This document shows, one piece after another, positions 10,144 to 19,098 of a stretch of DNA of 64,000 bases. A program made the position numbers and the translations under genes. This DNA comes from Rhodanobacteraceae bacterium (lineage in GTDB: Bacteria > Pseudomonadota > Gammaproteobacteria > Xanthomonadales > Rhodanobacteraceae). The notes beneath the pieces were generated by a model that worked only from the letters and a program-made list of their open reading frames with translations, was not told the DNA's origin and made no database searches. The stretch's first letter is position 1. Every line of letters begins with the position of its first letter. The stretch covers positions 2,458 through 66,457 of the forward strand of contig DATFGT010000015.1 in assembly GCA_035249175.1 (NCBI GenBank), written 5' to 3'.

Positions 10144-13100
10144 ATGAATGCATTGCGCGCTCCCACCGACGGGGCTGAAATCGCCGCCATCGCCGCCGAA
10201 GTCCGGGTCAAGTCCGGCGCCGGTGACCCCAAGGTGGCCGAGGCCTTCGCGAAACTCGTCTGCAGCGAACTCGGCGCCGAGGAACTCGCGCGGCGCGGCA
10301 TCAATACCTGGTCGGCGTTGATTGCGGAGTTGTTCGGCTGGTTTCGCAAGCGGCCGGAGGGGCAGGCCAGCGTGCGGGCGTTCAATCCCGACAGCGAGCA
10401 CAACGGCTGGACGTGCCCGCACTCGGTGGTGGAAGTGGTGGCCGACGACGCGCCGTTCCTGGTTGACTCGCTGGAGATGGTGATTGCCGACGCGGGGCTG
10501 CGCCTGCACCGCCTGATCCATCCCATCCTCGACGTGGCGCGCGACGCCAAGGGCAACCTCACCACCATCGGCAATCCGGACGACGGCATTGCGATGGAGT
10601 CGGTGATGCACGCCGAGATCGACCGCGTCGACGACGCCACGCTGCACCAACTTCAGGAAGTGGCGCAGGTGGCGCTGGGCGACGTGCGCGCCGCCGTCAC
10701 CGACTGGCAGGCGATGCACGACAAGATGCTGGCGATTGCGGACGCGCTGCCGGACACCAAGACGCTGGATGCGGCAGAAATCGCCGAGGGTCAGGCATTC
10801 CTGCGCTGGGCCGCGGACAACCACTTCACTTTCCTCGGTTACCGCGAATATGACGTGGTGGCCGATGACGGCGACGAATTGCTGAAGGCGCGCGAAGGTT
10901 CCGGGCTCGGCATCCTGCGCGATCCGGATCTCGCGACCGCGCCGCGTTCCGTCAAGAGTCTCGCCGCCAGCCGGCTGCCGCAATCGGGTTCGATGGACGC
11001 GATCATCCTGACCAAGACCAACGCGCGTTCGCGCGTGCACCGGCCGGGCTACATGGATTACATCGGCGTGCTGCGGTTCGATGACAAGGGCAAGCCGACC
11101 GGCGAGTCGCGCTTCCTTGGCCTGTACACCTCTACCTCGTACATGCGCCGAGCGCAGGACGTGCCGCTGGTGCGCCAGAAGTTCGAGTCGATCGAAAAGC
11201 GTTCCGGTCTGCGCCCGCAGTCGCATTCGGGCAAGGCGTTTCGCTCGATCCTGGAAACGCTGCCGCGCGACGAGTTGCTGCAGGCTTCCGCGGACGAACT
11301 GTACGCGCTGGCCACCGGCATCTTCGAATTGAATGAGCGCCGGCAGGCGCGCCTGTTCGTGCGCCGTGATGCGTATGGACGATTCTTCTCGTGCCTCGTG
11401 TTCATTCCGCGCGACCATTACAGCGCCGCGGTGGGGGACCGCGTGAAAGAAATGCTGGGCGAGGAACTGCATGGCACGCATATCGATGCCACGGTGCAGA
11501 TCGGCGATTCGCCGATGGCGCGTATGCACGTGCTGGTGCGCCCGCGTGCGGGCGAACAGGTGGAGGTCGACGTGGCACGGCTCGAAGCCAAGCTCGCGCC
11601 GATCGTGCGCAGTTGGCACGACGAATTGCGCGATGCGCTGGTTGGTGGGCTGGGCGAGGAACGCGGCGCGCAACTGGCCAGCCGCTGGGGCCGCGCGTTC
11701 ACGGCGGGCTACATCGAAGACACCACGCCGGCGCGCGCCGCCGAAGACGTGGGCATCCTCACCGCGATGAGCGGTGCCGGCGAGGACATGCGCCTCGCGT
11801 TGCACGATTCGTATCGCACGCCGGGCGAACTGCACTTCAAGGTGTTCCGCGCGAGCAACGACATTCCGCTGTCCGAAGCGCTGCCGCTGCTGGAAAACGC
11901 CGGCATGAAAGTCGACACCGAGCAGGTGCACGCGCTGGACGTGCGCGCCGGCAAGGCTTGCGTGCAGGATTTCGTGGTGCGTCCGGCGTCGCCGCTGCAG
12001 TTCAAGCTGGAAGATCTGCACGCGCGGTTCGAGGATCTGTTCCACGCGGCATGGCACGGTCATGCGGAAAACGATCACTTCAACACGCTGGTGCTGCGCG
12101 CCGGATTGAGCTGGCGCCAGATCGCGATGCTGCGCGGCTACTGCAAGTACCAGCAGCAAGTGGGTACGCCGTTCTCGCAGGCGTACATGGAGGAAACGCT
12201 CAACCGTTATCCGATGATCGCGGGATTGCTGGTCGAGTTGTTCGAGGCCAAGTTCGATCCGAATCGCGAGTCGGGCGATGATGCTGGCCGCCGGCGCGCT
12301 CGCGAAGCACTGGCACGCGAGGTTGGCGCGCTGACGCCCAAGGCCGTGATCGACGCGAGCCCCGACTTCGTGGCCCACGTTGCCGCGCTGCTGGATCAGC
12401 CGCGCGACGCCCAGGTCGAAGGCCTGATCAACGCGATCAAGGTGCTGCTGACCAATGTGTCGAGCCTCGATGACGACCGCATTCTGCGCGGCTTCATGGG
12501 CCTGATCCGCGCGACGCTGCGCACCAACTACTTCCAGTTGCACGACGGCCAACCCGCGGAATACATCAGTTACAAGTTCGATTCGCACCAGGTGCCGGAC
12601 GTCCCGAAGCCGGTTCCGTACCGCGAAATCTGGGTGTACGCGCCACGCGTGGAAGGCGTGCACTTGCGCTTCGGACCGGTTGCGCGCGGCGGCATCCGCT
12701 GGTCGGATCGGCGCGAGGATTTTCGTACCGAGGTGCTGGGTCTCGTGAAGGCCCAGATGGTGAAGAACACCGTGATCGTGCCGGTGGGTTCCAAGGGCGG
12801 TTTCTTCGTGAAGCGTCCGCCGGCCGAGCGCGATGCGCAATTGGAAGAGGGCATCGCCTGCTACAAGATGTTCATCAATGGCCTTCTCGATATCACCGAC
12901 AACATCGACACGGCCGCCCACAAGATGCTGCATCCGGCCGATGTGGTGCGCCACGATGCCGATGATGCCTATTTGGTGGTCGCGGCCGACAAGGGTACGG
13001 CCAAATTCTCCGACATCGCCAACGGCATTTCCATCGCGCACGGCTACTGGCTGGGCGATGCGTTTGCGTCGGGCGGTTCGGCGGGCTACGACCACAAGGG

Positions 13101-15084
13101 CATGGGCATCACCGCCAAGGGTGGCTGGGAATCGGTGAAGCGGCATTTCCGCGCGCTCGGCCGCGATTGCCAGAGCGAAGACTTCACCTGTGTCGGCATC
13201 GGCGACATGTCGGGCGACGTGTTCGGCAACGGGATGCTGCTGTCGAAGCACACGCGGCTGATTGCGGCGTTCGACCATCGCCACATTTTCATCGATCCGA
13301 ATCCGGATGCCGCCAGCTCGTTCCCGGAGCGCGAACGGATGTTCAAACTGCCGCGCTCGTCGTGGGATGACTACGACAAGTCGAAGATCTCGAAGGGCGG
13401 CGGCGTGTTCGCGCGCAACATGAAGGCCATCGCGATCACGCCGGAAATCCGTGGCGCGCTCGGCATCGGCGAGGACGTGGAATCGTTGTCGCCGATCGAG
13501 CTGATCAGTGCGGTCCTGAAGGCGCCGGTCGATCTGCTGTGGAACGGCGGCATTGGCACTTACGTCAAGGCCGCCCCGGAGTCGAACGCCGACGTGGGCG
13601 ATCGCGCCAACAACGCGCTGCGTATCAACGGCGGCGACCTGCGTTGCAAGATCGTGGGCGAGGGTGGCAACCTCGGCTTCACCCAGAAGGGCCGCATCGA
13701 AGCCGCGCAGAAGGGCGTGATCCTCAACACCGACTTCATCGACAACTCGGCGGGCGTGGACACGTCCGACCACGAGGTCAACATCAAGATCCTGCTGAAC
13801 GATGCAGTGCAGCGCGGCGAGATGAATATCGAGGCGCGCAACAAACTACTGCATTCGATGACTGATGAAGTCGGGAAACTGGTGCTGTGGGACAACTACC
13901 GCCAGAACGTCGCGATCAGCCTGATGGAACGCATGTCGGTGAACCGCATCGGGTCCAAGGCGCACTTCATCCGCACGCTGGAATCGCGCGGCCAGCTCGA
14001 CCGCCAGATCGAGTCGCTGCCGTCTGACGCGGAACTGGCCGAACGCCGCACGCATCATCAGGGATTGACGCGTCCGGAACTGGCGGTGCTGCTGTCGTAC
14101 TCCAAGATCGTGCTGTACCAGCAGTTGCTGGATTCCGACGTGCCGGAGGACCCGTTCCTGTCGCACGAACTGGTGCGCTACTTCCCCGAGCCGCTGCATG
14201 AAAAATATGCGGCGCACATGCAGCGCCATCGGCTGAAGCGCGAGATCATCGCCACCGCGGTCACCAACTCCATCGTCAACCGCATGGGCGCCACTTTCAT
14301 CCTGCGTACCCAGGAAGACACCGGACAAACCGCGGCCGCGGTGGTCAAGGCTTACAACGCCGCGCGCCAGATCCTGCACGCGCGCGAGCTGTGGTCCGGC
14401 ATCGATGCGCTGGACGGCAAGGTAAGCCAAAGCGCGCAGATCGATGCTTTGATGAAGTTGTGGTCGTTGCTGCGCCACGTTTCGCGCTGGCTGCTCAACC
14501 GGCCGGGCACCGTCGGCATTACCGATCTGGTGCAGCGCTACCAGCCGGGCATGGACAAGCTCCGCGCGGCGCTGCCGGCCACGCTCACCGAAACGGGTCG
14601 TGCGTCGTGGCAGGTCGATCTGGAGAAATGGCAAGGGATGGGTTTTCCGGACGAGCTGGCGAAGAAACTGGCCACGATTCCCGCGTTGGAAGTGGCGATG
14701 GACGTCATCGAAACTTCGCAGGAATCGGGTCGCCCGGTGGAACACGTCGCGCGCGTGTTCTTCGATCTCGGCGAGGCGCTCGATATCGAATGGCTGCGCA
14801 GCCAGATCGAGAAGCTGTCGGTGGAAAGCCGCTGGCACGCACAGGCGCGTGGTGCACTGCGCGACGAACTCGCCGTGCAACAACGCGCGATGGTCAGCCA
14901 GATTCTTGCGTCGGAGCAGGGCAAGCAGGGTGCCGACATCGCGGTTTCGGCGTGGCTGCAGCGCGATGATCCGCAACTGCAATTCACCCGCGGCATGCTG
15001 GACGAAATCCGCGGCGTAGACGTCGACTATCCGATTGCTTCGGTGGCGCTGCGCCGCCTGGCACAAATCGCGCAGTCCGGTTGA
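10144..15084 (+). CDS. gdhB: NAD-specific glutamate dehydrogenase, large (~180 kDa) class
   Basis: 1646 aa from ATG 10144 (MNALRAP...). It contains GGIRWSDRREDFRTEVLGLVKAQMVKNTVIVPVGSKGGF and DKGTAKFSDIAN, typical of the giant GdhB family. The ORF-track start 9877 adds an unsupported leader. Confidence 0.93.
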   Translation: MNALRAPTDGAEIAAIAAEVRVKSGAGDPKVAEAFAKLVCSELGAEELARRGINTWSALIAELFGWFRKRPEGQASVRAFNPDSEHNGWTCPHSVVEVVADDAPFLVDSLEMVIADAGLRLHRLIHPILDVARDAKGNLTTIGNPDDGIAMESVMHAEIDRVDDATLHQLQEVAQVALGDVRAAVTDWQAMHDKMLAIADALPDTKTLDAAEIAEGQAFLRWAADNHFTFLGYREYDVVADDGDELLKAREGSGLGILRDPDLATAPRSVKSLAASRLPQSGSMDAIILTKTNARSRVHRPGYMDYIGVLRFDDKGKPTGESRFLGLYTSTSYMRRAQDVPLVRQKFESIEKRSGLRPQSHSGKAFRSILETLPRDELLQASADELYALATGIFELNERRQARLFVRRDAYGRFFSCLVFIPRDHYSAAVGDRVKEMLGEELHGTHIDATVQIGDSPMARMHVLVRPRAGEQVEVDVARLEAKLAPIVRSWHDELRDALVGGLGEERGAQLASRWGRAFTAGYIEDTTPARAAEDVGILTAMSGAGEDMRLALHDSYRTPGELHFKVFRASNDIPLSEALPLLENAGMKVDTEQVHALDVRAGKACVQDFVVRPASPLQFKLEDLHARFEDLFHAAWHGHAENDHFNTLVLRAGLSWRQIAMLRGYCKYQQQVGTPFSQAYMEETLNRYPMIAGLLVELFEAKFDPNRESGDDAGRRRAREALAREVGALTPKAVIDASPDFVAHVAALLDQPRDAQVEGLINAIKVLLTNVSSLDDDRILRGFMGLIRATLRTNYFQLHDGQPAEYISYKFDSHQVPDVPKPVPYREIWVYAPRVEGVHLRFGPVARGGIRWSDRREDFRTEVLGLVKAQMVKNTVIVPVGSKGGFFVKRPPAERDAQLEEGIACYKMFINGLLDITDNIDTAAHKMLHPADVVRHDADDAYLVVAADKGTAKFSDIANGISIAHGYWLGDAFASGGSAGYDHKGMGITAKGGWESVKRHFRALGRDCQSEDFTCVGIGDMSGDVFGNGMLLSKHTRLIAAFDHRHIFIDPNPDAASSFPERERMFKLPRSSWDDYDKSKISKGGGVFARNMKAIAITPEIRGALGIGEDVESLSPIELISAVLKAPVDLLWNGGIGTYVKAAPESNADVGDRANNALRINGGDLRCKIVGEGGNLGFTQKGRIEAAQKGVILNTDFIDNSAGVDTSDHEVNIKILLNDAVQRGEMNIEARNKLLHSMTDEVGKLVLWDNYRQNVAISLMERMSVNRIGSKAHFIRTLESRGQLDRQIESLPSDAELAERRTHHQGLTRPELAVLLSYSKIVLYQQLLDSDVPEDPFLSHELVRYFPEPLHEKYAAHMQRHRLKREIIATAVTNSIVNRMGATFILRTQEDTGQTAAAVVKAYNAARQILHARELWSGIDALDGKVSQSAQIDALMKLWSLLRHVSRWLLNRPGTVGITDLVQRYQPGMDKLRAALPATLTETGRASWQVDLEKWQGMGFPDELAKKLATIPALEVAMDVIETSQESGRPVEHVARVFFDLGEALDIEWLRSQIEKLSVESRWHAQARGALRDELAVQQRAMVSQILASEQGKQGADIAVSAWLQRDDPQLQFTRGMLDEIRGVDVDYPIASVALRRLAQIAQSG

Positions 15085-15091
15085 TTGCGGG

Positions 15092-15111
15092 GCAGCCGCG
15101 CGCGCGGCTGC
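15092..15111 (+). terminator. GC hairpin after gdhB (possible terminator)
   Basis: gcagccgcg/cgcggctgc palindrome 8 nt after the gdhB stop. The following T tract (gttgctg) is weak. Confidence 0.3.
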
Positions 15112-15382
15112 GTTGCTGCATCAGGTTGGGCTGAGCGAATGCGAAGCCCAACGCCTGTTCGGTCGCCGTAGCCGATTCGACGTGATCGACTGCGGCGAAA
15201 TGCGCGTTGGGCTCGATGGCAGACGTCGGCCAAGAGCCGAAGCTCCAGCATGTCGGCACAGCGTCCGGTAACGAACAATTGCGGCCGTTGGGTGGAGTCT
15301 CTGGCGGCTGGGGAAGCTCAGCGCCGCAAAAACAGGCGATTGCGGCGCGGGGGCAGGGTCTTCGGGTGGCGTGGGTGCGCGG

Positions 15383-15763
15383 TCAGTTGTGCGGTCTCAG
15401 CAAACGGTCAACCAGCCATCCAAGGGCCAGCGCGATGGCGACAGACTGCACCGGCTTTTCGCGCACCCGTTCCCGCAGGCTTTCGGCCGCCTGATCAGCA
15501 CGATTGCGGGCGTTCGACGCAAGTTCCGCGCTGCGGTCGTGCCATTCGCTGGCCTTGTCGGCCACGCGATGCGCACCATGCACGCCAGCGTCCGCGGCGT
15601 GGTGCAAACCTTTCTCGATACGATCGGCGACTGCATCGACCTTGTCCTTGGCCCCGCCGACTGCGTCGCTGGCACCTTGTTTGGCGCGTTCGGCGGCGTG
15701 ATCAATGCGGGCGTGGGTGTTCTCGGGCGTCGAGCTGTTCTCATTTTGGGTATTGGGATTCAT
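15383..15763 (-). CDS. DUF883 / ElaB-YqjD family tail-anchored stress protein
   Basis: 126 aa from ATG 15763, preceded by a GGAGG RBS. The helical N-terminal part is rich in A/D/K/R, and the C-terminal anchor reads KPVQSVAIALALGWLVDRLLR, as in ElaB/YqjD. Confidence 0.8.
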   Translation of the reverse strand: MNPNTQNENSSTPENTHARIDHAAERAKQGASDAVGGAKDKVDAVADRIEKGLHHAADAGVHGAHRVADKASEWHDRSAELASNARNRADQAAESLRERVREKPVQSVAIALALGWLVDRLLRPHN

Positions 15764-15918
15764 GATTGCCTCCAGTTGCCCCGCCGGTGCGCGCAGGGCA
15801 ACCGGCTTGATTCGTGGGTACAGATCATCTCGATACAGAGTGCAGACCACCTGATGTCTGCAAACTCGTGCTCATCGGTTTCATGGAAAAATGGCCGGGC
15901 CGATTCGCGTGTGCCGCG

Positions 15919-16080
15919 TCAGATTCGCCTGCGTCCGAATATCAGCGACACGATGAACAGAATGATGAAGACGACGAACAGGATTTTTGCGACCAAGGCG
16001 GCAAGCCCCGCGACGCCAAAGAAGCCGAAGATTCCGGCGACGATCGCAATGATCAGAAAGACGACGGCGTAGTAAAGCAT
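15919..16080 (-). CDS. DUF1328 (UPF0391/YtjA-like) small membrane protein
   Basis: 53 aa, [51 protein letters not shown]. An AAGGAGAG RBS lies 5 nt upstream of ATG 16080. Confidence 0.85.
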   Translation of the reverse strand: MLYYAVVFLIIAIVAGIFGFFGVAGLAALVAKILFVVFIILFIVSLIFGRRRI

Positions 16081-16387
16081 GAGCTCTCCTTTTCGGGATA
16101 TGACTGGCGTTCGGCTGGAGCGTTGAATGCACTCGGGTGGTTCCTGTCTCGTGAAAAAACCGGAATCAAGGTCTCCGGGCAAAACATCCATGGTTTGCCC
16201 GGAGGAACCCGAAACGCACTTTTCGTCCGCATCGGGCACCGGTTCGAGCGCCTGGGGAAGTAACTCGTACCGGCACGGCACGTCCTTGTTGCCGTGGTGG
16301 GAGATCCCCTACGAAGGGGGAGCTCTTCACACCTGCATTGCATCGGGCTATGCGAAGTTCTCGTGATGGATTGCGCGCTGCGGACGT

Positions 16388-16594
16388 TTACGTCCGCGTC
16401 AAATCTTCGCCGAACTCCTGGACTTGTTTTTTCGCTGCGTCCCTGGCCATCCCGTAGCGCTCCTGCAACTTGCCGACGAGGTATTCCATATTGCCGTCTG
16501 CAACTTGCAAGTCATCGTCGGTGAGCTTGCCCCAGCGGGTTTTCAGTTTGCCGTGGAGTTGCTTCCACTGGCCCTTGATCTTGTCTTCGTTCAT
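16388..16594 (-). CDS. CsbD/YjbJ family stress-response protein
   Basis: 68 aa, MNEDKIKGQWKQLHGKLKTRWGKLTDDDLQVADGNMEYLVGKLQERYGMARDAAKKQVQEF. It is close to the E. coli YjbJ pattern and has a strong RBS (ACGGAGGA). Confidence 0.9.
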   Translation of the reverse strand: MNEDKIKGQWKQLHGKLKTRWGKLTDDDLQVADGNMEYLVGKLQERYGMARDAAKKQVQEFGEDLTRT

Positions 16595-16626
16595 GGATTC
16601 CTCCGTTACTTCCGTTTTTTTCCGAT

Positions 16627-16866
16627 TCAGGGCATGTCAGTCGCGCCAAGGTTCAATCGATCGAAAAACCATAGTTCGGGCTCAAACTCATGAACCTGGC
16701 GCCAAGCCTCGAAGCGATCGACGTCATAGCGTTCCTGCAGCACGCATATCAGGTGGCCGATGTCGCCGTGATCGTTCACCAGATCGCCTTCGGTGAGCCT
16801 CGGCCATTGCTTGCGAAAGATTCCGCGAAGCTGCGACCAATGTGAGCTGATCAGTTCTTCGCGCAT
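16627..16866 (-). CDS. Divergent CsbD/YjbJ-like protein
   Basis: 79 aa, MREELISSHWSQLRGIFRKQWPRLTEGDLVNDHGDIGHLICVLQERYDVDRFEAWRQVHEFE. It keeps the W-x-Q-x-G...W-x-x-LT-x-x-D...LQERY skeleton. The RBS is weak. Confidence 0.65.
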   Translation of the reverse strand: MREELISSHWSQLRGIFRKQWPRLTEGDLVNDHGDIGHLICVLQERYDVDRFEAWRQVHEFEPELWFFDRLNLGATDMP

Positions 16867-16933
16867 GGGAGCTAGTCTCAGCGTAAGCAGTGGTGAGGCC
16901 TTGCGGCTTGAGATGGCGTTGCATCGTGATGCC

Positions 16934-17170
16934 CTACAGGTCGCTCTCGAATTCGAACACCTGTAGCAGCGCTTCCTTCCTGTCGACGCCGTAACGCTCC
17001 TGAAGCAGCGCGGCCAGATACTCCGCATCTCCGTCCGCACGCAGCACGTCCTGCCACGTGAGTTTGCGCCATCGGCGCCGCAGCTTGCCGGCGAGGCCAC
17101 TCCACTCTTCCTTGATTCGGTCTCGGCCCGTCGCGGGGCGCGCTTCAGCCTCGGATGGATTCATCTGCAT
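16934..17170 (-). CDS. Divergent CsbD/YjbJ-like protein
   Basis: 78 aa from ATG 17170, ...IKEEWSGLAGKLRRRWRKLTWQDVLRADGDAEYLAALLQERYGVDRKEALLQVFEFE. An AAGGA RBS sits inside the end of the upstream ORF, and the start lies 2 nt after that ORF's TGA. Confidence 0.7.
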   Translation of the reverse strand: MQMNPSEAEARPATGRDRIKEEWSGLAGKLRRRWRKLTWQDVLRADGDAEYLAALLQERYGVDRKEALLQVFEFESDL

Positions 17171-17172
17171 GG

Positions 17173-17367
17173 TCAATCCTTTGCCTTCAGGCCGGATGCG
17201 TCGACGTTCTTCACGCCCTTGACGCTTTCCGGGCGCGTGCGAGGTGCGCGCGCTTCGTCATCGCCACCCGGATTCGGGCGGGGGCGTTCGGGCGGATGGG
17301 ATGGTTGGCGGGGAGCCGGTTCTTCCGCACGTTTTGGTGCCGGTCGGGCGTGTGCCGAGGTATTCAT
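17173..17367 (-). CDS. Hypothetical 64-aa Pro/Arg-rich protein
   Basis: MNTSAHARPAPKRAEEPAPRQPSHPPERPRPNPGGDDEARAPRTRPESVKGVKNVDASGLKAKD. A GGAGAG RBS lies 7 nt before ATG 17367. The stop is tightly coupled to the next CsbD-like gene. No family was recognised. Confidence 0.45.
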   Translation of the reverse strand: MNTSAHARPAPKRAEEPAPRQPSHPPERPRPNPGGDDEARAPRTRPESVKGVKNVDASGLKAKD

Positions 17368-17514
17368 CGGGATGCTCTCCATTGCATAGGTCCGTCTGGA
17401 CGTGAACGAAGCTACGCCATGCCGCGCACGGAGAGAAGAGACCGATGCACCATTTGCTTTGGTACTTTTTTACCAGTTGTGGCGCGCGTTTATGCAGTAT
17501 TCTGATTCTGTGCC

Positions 17515-19002
17515 GTGACAACGACAGATGCCGTGAACACCTCATCCGCCCGCACCCGCGTCGATCGCAGACAACTGCAGCAAATCATCGGCGGCCTGAC
17601 GGACGGCGTCATGTTGCTGGACCCCGACGGTTCGATCGTATGGGTCAACGAAGCTGCCATTGCCATGCATGGTTGCATCCGCGCCGAAGAGCTGGGTGCC
17701 AGCGCCGCGCAGTACCGCAAGCATTTCTCGCTGAGGCACCGCAACCATCATCGGCTGACGGCGAAGCAGTACCCGATCGAACGCGTGCTCGCTGGAGAAA
17801 CCTTCAGCGACGTCGTCGTCGAAGTCGAGCGAAAGGGCCATGCGGATTTCCGCAGCACGCAGCAGGTGCGCGGCATCGCCCTCGTCAACGCCAAGGGCGA
17901 AACGGAATCACTTGCGCTGGTGATCAAGGACGTCACCGAACGGTTTAGCGCCGAGGAGCGGTTCGAACGCACCTTCGCCGCGAATCCAGCCCCCGCGGTG
18001 ATTTGCCGCCTGCGCGATTTGCGCTACATCAAGACGAATCCGGGGTTCCTCGCCATGACGGGCTATGAGCGGGATCAAGTGATCGACCAGCGATTCCGGG
18101 ACCTGGACGTGCTCGAGAAGGCGGAGAATCGAGACGATGCGATCCGTGGCTTGCGCGGAGGATTCACCATTCCCCAGCAGGAAGCCGTGATCAAGCAGGC
18201 GGACGGCAAGCGAAAATTCGTCATCGTCGCAGGCCAACCCATCGAGGTCGGTGAAGAACAATGCATGCTGTTCACCTTCATCGATCTCGAGGCACGCAAA
18301 ACGGCTGAAATGTCACTGCGCGAGAGTGAGGAGCGATTTTCCAAGGCCTTCCGGCTTGCCCCGGTTCCCATGATCGTATTTGGGCTGCGCGACACGCATC
18401 CCCTCGCGATCAACGAAGCCTTCACTGCCATTACGGGGTACGCCATCGCGGATCTTCAGGGGCGCACGATCGAGGAAGCCGGATTGCCGAAGGACGCGGT
18501 GGGCATGCGCGCGCTCGTGGCGCGCCTGAACCAGCGGGAGGATATCCGCAACGAGGAATTGCCCATCCGGACCCGCGACGGTGCCATCATCGACTGCCTG
18601 CTGTCTGCCGAAACCGTCACGATCCAGAATGAGCCATGCGTCCTGTGCGTCATCCAGGACATCACCGAACGCAAGCGATCGGAGATGGACCTGGTCGTCG
18701 CGATCGACGCGGTGATGAAGGACACGTCCTGGTTCAGCCACACGGTCATGGAGAAGCTGGCGCAGCTCCGCAGGCCCGACGGCAGCGGCGCCAAGGCGGA
18801 ATTGACTGCACTGACGCCGCGCGAGAAGGATGTCCTGGGTCTGATCTGCAAGGGCCTCAGCGATGCCGAGATTGCCGCGACGCTGAAGCTTTCGCGCAAC
18901 ACCGTGCGCAATCACGTTGCCACGCTGTACGGGAAGATCGGCGTGAACCGTCGCAGTGCCGCCGTCGTATGGGGACGCGAACGCGGCATGGTGGGTTATT
19001 GA
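17515..19002 (+). CDS. PAS-PAS-PAS LuxR/GerE-family one-component transcriptional regulator
   Basis: The C-terminus LTPREKDVLGLICKGLSDAEIAATLKLSRNTVRNHVATLYGKIGV is a LuxR-type HTH. Three PAS-like modules precede it, with S-box linkers FSAEERFERTFAANPAP and ESEERFSKAFRLAPVP. No LOV motif (GRNCRFLQ) is present. The GTG 17515 start lacks an obvious RBS, so the start is uncertain. Confidence 0.85.
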   Translation: MTTTDAVNTSSARTRVDRRQLQQIIGGLTDGVMLLDPDGSIVWVNEAAIAMHGCIRAEELGASAAQYRKHFSLRHRNHHRLTAKQYPIERVLAGETFSDVVVEVERKGHADFRSTQQVRGIALVNAKGETESLALVIKDVTERFSAEERFERTFAANPAPAVICRLRDLRYIKTNPGFLAMTGYERDQVIDQRFRDLDVLEKAENRDDAIRGLRGGFTIPQQEAVIKQADGKRKFVIVAGQPIEVGEEQCMLFTFIDLEARKTAEMSLRESEERFSKAFRLAPVPMIVFGLRDTHPLAINEAFTAITGYAIADLQGRTIEEAGLPKDAVGMRALVARLNQREDIRNEELPIRTRDGAIIDCLLSAETVTIQNEPCVLCVIQDITERKRSEMDLVVAIDAVMKDTSWFSHTVMEKLAQLRRPDGSGAKAELTALTPREKDVLGLICKGLSDAEIAATLKLSRNTVRNHVATLYGKIGVNRRSAAVVWGRERGMVGY

Positions 19003-19098
19003 CTGAGCGTCGGCTGACGGTTTCGCACACCAAGTGCATCGCGGAGATGTGGCAGCACCGGATATTCAGGGGACTGCGACGCGACTTGTATCACCCGC

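Noticed and set aside
10039-13773. 1244-aa ORF on the minus strand
   Set aside because: It lies entirely antisense to the conserved gdhB coding frame. Its composition is Arg/His/Val/Gly/Asp-rich and low-complexity, with no motifs. Long mirror ORFs opposite giant NAD-GDH genes are a known source of mis-annotation in GC-rich genomes.
16100-16160. ECF-type promoter (GGAAC-N17-CGCT) upstream of the DUF1328 gene as a shared island motif
   Set aside because: I could not find a comparable motif upstream of the DUF883 gene or the CsbD operon. A single occurrence with a mismatch is insufficient.
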